Source: Deltaproteobacteria bacterium
Lineage (GTDB): Bacteria; Myxococcota_A; Polyangia; Polyangiales; JADJMO01
Length of the DNA: 64,000 bases
Direction of reading: 5' to 3'
NCBI GenBank assembly: GCA_016182965.1
Contig: JACPFM010000075.1
Coordinates: forward strand, 4,687-68,686
Under the pieces are notes generated by a model, which had not been told where the DNA came from, ran no database searches, and saw nothing but the letters and a program-made list of their open reading frames with translations. Below are positions 59,240 through 64,000 of this stretch, piece by piece; within the stretch, counting starts at the first letter, position 1; each line of letters begins with the position of its first letter. Made by a program: the position numbers and the translations under genes.

Positions 59240-59860
59240 TCAGCGCCTCGGCGCGACGCGCTTGGGGACCGTCCATTTCGCGCCGACGATCCACTTCTTG
59301 CCGTCGAAGACCAGCTCCTGGTGCGGCACATCGTCGCAGCCCTCGTCGCACTGTCCCACGACCTCGAGCTTGCGGACGCCGTTGACCACGCCGAGCGTGC
59401 CGACGATGCGCCCTTCGACACGGACGCCGCCGAGGTGCTGCGCGCAGCCGCCGCGGCGCACGTAGATCTCCCAGCGCGTGGTGGTCTCGTCGCGATCGGC
59501 GGCGAGGATCGGATCGGGGGTGCCGTCGTCGTCGATGTCGAAGGCGTGAACGGCCGGCAGGTAGTATGGGCGGCCGCCTTCGTCGACGAGATCGTTCACG
59601 ATGGCGGCGTGGCGGATCGGGTCCCAGCAGGGCGCCGCGTCCTTGCCGGTGCCGGTGGTGCCGAGGACTGCGCTGTCGAGGAGCGCCTGTTTGGCCGTCC
59701 TTCGCTCCGCCGGCGCCGACAGCGCATGCCCCGCGCTCGCGACGGGCGTGCGCGCTTGGGGCGACGTCGCGACGGAGCGCGACGACGGCTGCGTGCCCGA
59801 AGCGCAGGCGAGCGGCGCGACGAGCAGGAACAGGCCCACGGAGAGGGAGCGGACGATCAT
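59240..59860 (-). CDS. lipoprotein of unknown function
   Basis: MIVRSLSVGLFLLVAPLACAS lipobox. FDIDDDGTPDP is a FG-GAP/VCBS-like motif. Confidence 0.6.
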   Translation of the reverse strand: MIVRSLSVGLFLLVAPLACASGTQPSSRSVATSPQARTPVASAGHALSAPAERRTAKQALLDSAVLGTTGTGKDAAPCWDPIRHAAIVNDLVDEGGRPYYLPAVHAFDIDDDGTPDPILAADRDETTTRWEIYVRRGGCAQHLGGVRVEGRIVGTLGVVNGVRKLEVVGQCDEGCDDVPHQELVFDGKKWIVGAKWTVPKRVAPRR

Positions 59861-60023
59861 GACGCTCCCAGGCACCTGCACGCGACGCGCCGAGCACGAG
59901 CGGGGCCGTGCCCAGCCCTTTCCGTGCGACGATGCGGCCAGTCATGCCCGCGATGGTCGCGCGCTTCAGACTCGCCTTTCGCCCCTTCGCGGCCACCGCG
60001 TCGCGCCGTGCCGTGTCGGGCCA

Positions 60024-60107
60024 GGTCGAAGGTCGAACGTCGAAGGTCCAAGAGGCCGGCCCAAAAAGGCCCGCTCCCTTCGACCTTCGACCTTTGACCT
60101 TCGACCT
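60024..60107 (+). repeat. stem-loop with heptamer arms: GGTCGAAGGTCGAACGTCGAAGGTCCAAGAGG ... CCCTTCGACCTTCGACCTTTGACCTTCGACC
   Basis: Direct reading. It lies in the divergent region just upstream of the ABC transporter start (60130). Confidence 0.85.
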
Positions 60108-60129
60108 ACGAAGCCGAAGCAGCGAGCGG

Positions 60130-61623
60130 GTGTCGGCCGAGAAGGGCGAAAGTCGAGTCGGAGCGAACGCCCGCCTGGTCGCGTGCGTGATCTTCGCGCT
60201 CGGGTTGCTCGTCTCGTCGACGGCCTCGGCGCGACTGCGTTGGGGCGCCGACGCCGAGGGCGGGGCGCCGTACGTGCTCCGCGATCCGAAGGCGCCGGAC
60301 AAGGTGATCGGCTTCGAGGTCGATCTCGCGGAGGCGTTGAGCCGGGAGGTCGGCGAGCCCATCGACTTCGTCCAGTACGAGTTCGGCTCGCTGCTCCCGG
60401 GCCTCGAGCGCGGCGACCTCGACCTCGCGATGAACGGCCTCGAGATCACGCCCGATCGCGTGCAGCGCGTGCGCTTCTCGCGGCCGTACTACGTGTACCG
60501 GTTGCAGCTGGTGGTGCGCGCCGACGACGCGCGCTTCGCCGGCTTCGACGCGTGCGCGGCCGCGAAGTGCGTCGTCGGCACGTTGGGCGACACCGCGGCC
60601 GAGCGCCTCCTCGACGCGCGCGGCGTCGCCAAGCGCGTGTACGACGGGCAGGCCGAGCCCTATCGCGATCTCGGGCTCTCGCGGCTCGACGCGGTGCTCC
60701 TCGACGTCCCGGTGGCCACGTACTGGGCGCGCCCCGATCCGAAGCTGCGGTTCGTCGGCGAGCCGTTCGCGCGGGGGCTCTACGCCATCGCGTTTCGCAA
60801 GGACCGCGAGGCCCTCGCGGTGCGGTTCGACGGCGCGATCGAGCGCCTCGCCGCGCGCGGCGAGCTCGAACGCATCTACAAGAAGTGGAGCCTCTGGTAC
60901 GACGAGCAGAGGTCGCTCGGCGCGCTCGGAGCCGCCGACGAGTCGGCGCGGACGTGGGGCGAGGAGTCTGCGCGCGCCTGGACCCCCGCGCGCTACCTGC
61001 CGCTGCTCTTGCAGGGGGCGCTCACCACCATCCTCATCGCCGTCGTGAGCATGGTGCTGGCGGTGCTCCTCGGGTTGCCGATCGCGGTCGCGCGGATGTG
61101 GGGACCGTGGCCCGTGCGGTGGCTCGCGACCGCCTACGTCGAGCTGTTCCGGGGCGTGCCGGTGCTGCTGCTGATCTTCTTCCTCTACTACGGGCTGCCG
61201 ACGCTCGGCGTGAAGCTGAGCGCGATCAGCGCGGCCATCCTCGGCTTCGGGCTCAACTACGCGGCCTACGAGGCGGAGATCTACCGCGCTGGGATCGCCT
61301 CCATCCCGGTCGGGCAGTGGGAGGCGGCCGCGTCGCTCGGGATGGGGCGGCGCCTCACCTTCCGCCGGGTCATCCTCCCGCAGGCGTTCCGCGTGGTGTT
61401 GCCGCCGATGACCAACGACTTCGTCGCGCTGTTCAAGGACACGAGCCTGGTGAGCGTGATCGCGGTCGTCGAGCTGACCAAGCAGTATCAAATCCTCGCC
61501 AAGTCGAGCATGAAGTACCTGGAGATGGGGGCGGTCACCGCGGCGCTGTACCTGCTCATCGCGGTGCCGCTCGGCGCGTGGTCGCGGCGCCTCGAGGCGC
61601 GCGCGTCGAAGGGGGCGGGGTGA
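60130..61623 (+). CDS. polar amino-acid ABC transporter, fused substrate-binding and permease protein
   Basis: Signal peptide. SBP family 3 motifs: GFEVDLAEAL, DLAMNGLEIT, RFSRPYY. Permease EAA-type loop: EAAASLGMGRRLTFRRVILPQA. Confidence 0.85.
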   Translation: MSAEKGESRVGANARLVACVIFALGLLVSSTASARLRWGADAEGGAPYVLRDPKAPDKVIGFEVDLAEALSREVGEPIDFVQYEFGSLLPGLERGDLDLAMNGLEITPDRVQRVRFSRPYYVYRLQLVVRADDARFAGFDACAAAKCVVGTLGDTAAERLLDARGVAKRVYDGQAEPYRDLGLSRLDAVLLDVPVATYWARPDPKLRFVGEPFARGLYAIAFRKDREALAVRFDGAIERLAARGELERIYKKWSLWYDEQRSLGALGAADESARTWGEESARAWTPARYLPLLLQGALTTILIAVVSMVLAVLLGLPIAVARMWGPWPVRWLATAYVELFRGVPVLLLIFFLYYGLPTLGVKLSAISAAILGFGLNYAAYEAEIYRAGIASIPVGQWEAAASLGMGRRLTFRRVILPQAFRVVLPPMTNDFVALFKDTSLVSVIAVVELTKQYQILAKSSMKYLEMGAVTAALYLLIAVPLGAWSRRLEARASKGAG

Positions 61624-62372
61624 GCGCGCTCATCGACGTCGGCGGCGTGCGCAAGCGCTTCGGCGAGCACGAGGTGCTCGCCGGGATCGATCTGGTCGTC
61701 CCCGAAGGGGAGACGATCGCGCTCATCGGCCCGAGCGGGGGCGGGAAGTCGACGCTGCTCCGCTGCATCAACGGGCTCGCGAACTTCGATCAAGGGCGCA
61801 TCCAGGTCGGCGCCTGTACGCTGCACCCCACGCGCGATCCGCGCGAGAGCCGCGCCGCCGCGCGCGACGCGCGCAAGCTCGTGGGGATGGTCTTCCAGGA
61901 CTTCCAGCTGTTTCCGCACATGACCGCGCTCGAGAACGTCGCCGAGGCGCCGATCCACGTGCGCGGCCTGCCTCGACGTGAGGCGCACGAGCGCGCGCGC
62001 GCCCTGCTCGCGCGCGTCGGACTCGAGGCGCGCGCCGACGCCCTGCCGCGCGAGCTCTCCGGCGGTCAGAAGCAGCGCGTGGCGATCGCGCGTGCGCTGG
62101 CGATGGAGCCCAAGGCGCTCCTCTGCGACGAGATCACCAGCGCGCTCGACCCCGAGCTCAAGGGCGAGGTGCTCTCGGTGATCGAGAAGCTGCGCGCCGA
62201 GGGGATGACCCTGGTCCTGGTCACCCACGAGATCGGCTTCGCGCGCCGCGCCGCCGATCGCGCGGCGGTGCTCGCCGACGGCGCGATCGTCGAGAGCGGG
62301 CCGGCGCGCGAGCTGATCGACCGCCCGCAGACCGAGCGCACCCGGCGCTTCCTCGAGCGCGTGATGGCGTGA
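61620..62372 (+). CDS. amino-acid ABC transporter ATP-binding protein
   Basis: Walker A GPSGGGKST, Q-loop, signature LSGGQKQRVAIARAL, Walker B LLCDEITSALD. GTGA overlap with the permease stop. Confidence 0.9.
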   Translation: MSALIDVGGVRKRFGEHEVLAGIDLVVPEGETIALIGPSGGGKSTLLRCINGLANFDQGRIQVGACTLHPTRDPRESRAAARDARKLVGMVFQDFQLFPHMTALENVAEAPIHVRGLPRREAHERARALLARVGLEARADALPRELSGGQKQRVAIARALAMEPKALLCDEITSALDPELKGEVLSVIEKLRAEGMTLVLVTHEIGFARRAADRAAVLADGAIVESGPARELIDRPQTERTRRFLERVMA

Positions 62373-62380
62373 CCGGGCCC

Positions 62381-62667
62381 AGTCGTCAGTCGTCAGTCGT
62401 CAGTCGTCAGTCGTCAGTCGTCAGTCGGAGCCGATCGCGCCCTTCTCCGCTGGATGCTCGTCGCCGCGCCGGCTCCCGAGGTCGAGGGTCCAAGGTCGAA
62501 GGTCGAACGTGAGACGGGGTTCGGCTGCTTTCTGCCTTCGACCTTCGACCTGGCGCATGCGACAGGTGCGCGCGCCGAGACCTGGTAGGAGGCGCAAGTC
62601 GCGTGGAGCGAGAGGCGCCGGTCTCCCGTCTCGAGCTGACGACTGACGACTGACGACTGATGACCCG
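62381..62667 (+). repeat. nested composite stem-loop: outer (AGTCGTC)6 / (GACGACT)3-4 arms enclosing an inner GGTCGAA/TTCGACC hairpin (62480-62552)
   Basis: Direct reading. The right flank GAGAGGCGCCGGTCTCCCGTCTCGAGCTGACGACTGACGAC... is homologous to 56084-56140. It lies between convergent genes. Confidence 0.85.
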
Positions 62668-62718
62668 GTCCCCGCGAGCGGCGACACGGCGAACGCTCGA
62701 GCGTCGCGGGCGCCCGCG

Positions 62719-63162
62719 CTAAATCCTGAGCATCGTGCCGCGGCACTCCGGCGAGCCGCAGCTGCACACCGTCTCGACCATCGCGGTGATCGCGTCGACG
62801 TCACCGGTGATCTCGAGCGCGTAGTCGTAGGTGATCTCCTCGCCCTTCGCGATCGGCTCGATCGCCACGAGGAACACGCGCTTCTTGTAGACGAGCAGCT
62901 GCGCGTTCGGGGAGCACGCGTGGTTGGCGAAGCGGGCGTCGCTGCCGCCGACCGCGCCGTCGATCGAGGTCCGCGCGTCGATCGCGAGCAGCTGCACGGC
63001 CGCGTCGGGCCTCGACGCGTAGCGCCGGCGCGCCTCGGCGCGGGTGACCCGCTCGCCCGTGTACTCGATGATCGGCGTGCCCTCGGCGATGTCCTCGGCG
63101 GCGAACAGCCCCTGGCCGTGCACGCGCGATCTCTTCACCTTGACCTTCGGAAAGCCCTTCAC
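62719..63162 (-). CDS. SET domain protein (putative lysine methyltransferase)
   Basis: SRVHGQGLFAAEDIAEGTPIIEYTGE, RFANHACSPN, GEEITYDY, and a post-SET CSCGSPEC. Confidence 0.85.
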   Translation of the reverse strand: MKGFPKVKVKRSRVHGQGLFAAEDIAEGTPIIEYTGERVTRAEARRRYASRPDAAVQLLAIDARTSIDGAVGGSDARFANHACSPNAQLLVYKKRVFLVAIEPIAKGEEITYDYALEITGDVDAITAMVETVCSCGSPECRGTMLRI

Positions 63163-63163
63163 G

Positions 63164-64000
63164 TCAGTTCCCCTTGCCGAGGGTGATCTCGAGCGTGCCG
63201 CCCTTGCTCAGCGCCGCGTGCTCGACGCGCGGGCGCGCGAGCTCCTTGCCGTTCCAGCGCATCGACGTGGGCACCCAGAAGGCCGCGCTCGGGACCTTCG
63301 TCTCGCCGCCTGCTGCGGCGGTGGAGACGATGGTCAGCTCGCCGCCTTGGACCTTCAGCGTCGCCTTCGGGAAGATCGGCGACGCGACGAGGTAGTCGGT
63401 CGCGGCCACGCGTGGGAAGAGGCCCATCGCCGAGAACAGGTACCACGCGCTCATCGTGCCGCCGTCGTCGTTGCCAGGCAGGCCGTCGGGGCCGTCGCCG
63501 TACTCGTTGGCGAGCGCCCAGCGGATCCAGCGCGCGCCGCGCGCCGCGTCGTCGAGCTCGACGTACGCCCACGGCACATAGAGCACCGGCTCGTTGGAGT
63601 GCCAGTAGTACGCCTTCGGCGCGAGGCGGGTGCGCGGCTGACACGTCGACATCGCGAAGTAGTCGTCGAGCCGGCCGAAGAAGCGATCGCGCCCGCCCAT
63701 CACCTCGGCGAGGCCCGGCATGTCGTGCGGCACGAACCACGTGTAGTGCCAGGTCGTGCCCTCGGCCCAGTAGTCCTGCCACGCGGTGTGATCGTCGCCG
63801 GTCGCGAAGGTGCCGTCGCGGTGGCGACCGAGGAGCAGCTCTCCGCTCCAGAGGTTCTTCCAGTTGCCCGAGCGTTTGCGGAACAGCTCGGCGTCGGCCT
63901 TCTCGCCGAGCGCGTCGGCGAGCGCAGCCAGCGCGAAGTCGTCGAACGCGTACTCGAGGGTGATCGAGCCGGAGCTGCCGCCGTCCTCGATGGCGACCCA
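63164..64000 (-). CDS. glycoside hydrolase family 92 (alpha-mannosidase-like), C-terminal part; the 5' end lies beyond the window
   Basis: GLPGNDDGGTMSAWYLFSAMGLFP is the GH92 signature. The frame stays open to position 64000 (...TLEYAFDDFALAALADALG...). Confidence 0.8.
   Translation of the reverse strand, partial: WVAIEDGGSSGSITLEYAFDDFALAALADALGEKADAELFRKRSGNWKNLWSGELLLGRHRDGTFATGDDHTAWQDYWAEGTTWHYTWFVPHDMPGLAEVMGGRDRFFGRLDDYFAMSTCQPRTRLAPKAYYWHSNEPVLYVPWAYVELDDAARGARWIRWALANEYGDGPDGLPGNDDGGTMSAWYLFSAMGLFPRVAATDYLVASPIFPKATLKVQGGELTIVSTAAAGGETKVPSAAFWVPTSMRWNGKELARPRVEHAALSKGGTLEITLGKGN

Noticed and set aside
62381-62667. Heptamer arrays considered as a CRISPR-like array
   Set aside because: The units are 7 nt and contiguous, with no unique spacers. 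The arms are mutually complementary, and no cas genes are in the window.

Overview
Very GC-rich bacterial chromosomal window (GC not computed). By inference it is myxobacterium-like: it has many lipobox lipoproteins, Cys-rich DPAHCGACG repeats, C-type lectin, SET and RCC1 domains, and pervasive ATGA/GTGA start-stop overlaps. I support about 60 protein-coding genes. I found no rRNA, tRNA, CRISPR array, transposase or integrase. High GC produces many long shadow ORFs in the six-frame track. I chose frames by GC3 bias, recognisable motifs and start context, so start codons are approximate.

Main content, left to right:
- AmmeMemoRadiSam pair
- two overlapping sensor kinase genes
- a two-gene 2-hydroxyacyl-CoA-dehydratase/activase-like pair
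- a five-gene translationally coupled lipid head-group operon (CDP-alcohol phosphatidyltransferase, GtrA, AUR1/PAP2-like, PgpA, MMPL)
- RbfA-like plus RtcB
- a bona fide MutH homolog
- UDG family 4 carrying coding hexamer microsatellites
- a divergent ten-gene multiheme respiratory supercluster
- a glycine-rich beta-helix lipoprotein
- 5'-nucleotidase, LpdA, an amino-acid ABC transporter, a SET-domain protein and a partial GH92

Most interesting:
1. The supercluster at 38.6-48.2 kb. It places a Rieske/cytochrome b unit with a 9-heme and a roughly 34-heme cytochrome back to back with a tetraheme/NrfC/NrfD-type quinol module.
2. A modular family of long intergenic stem-loops whose arms are tandem heptamers (GTCGTCA/TGACGAC and GGTCGAA/TTCGACC). 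It occurs at four loci, one of them a nested composite.
3. The putative inositol-lipid operon.

All functional calls come from motif recognition by eye. No database search was run.
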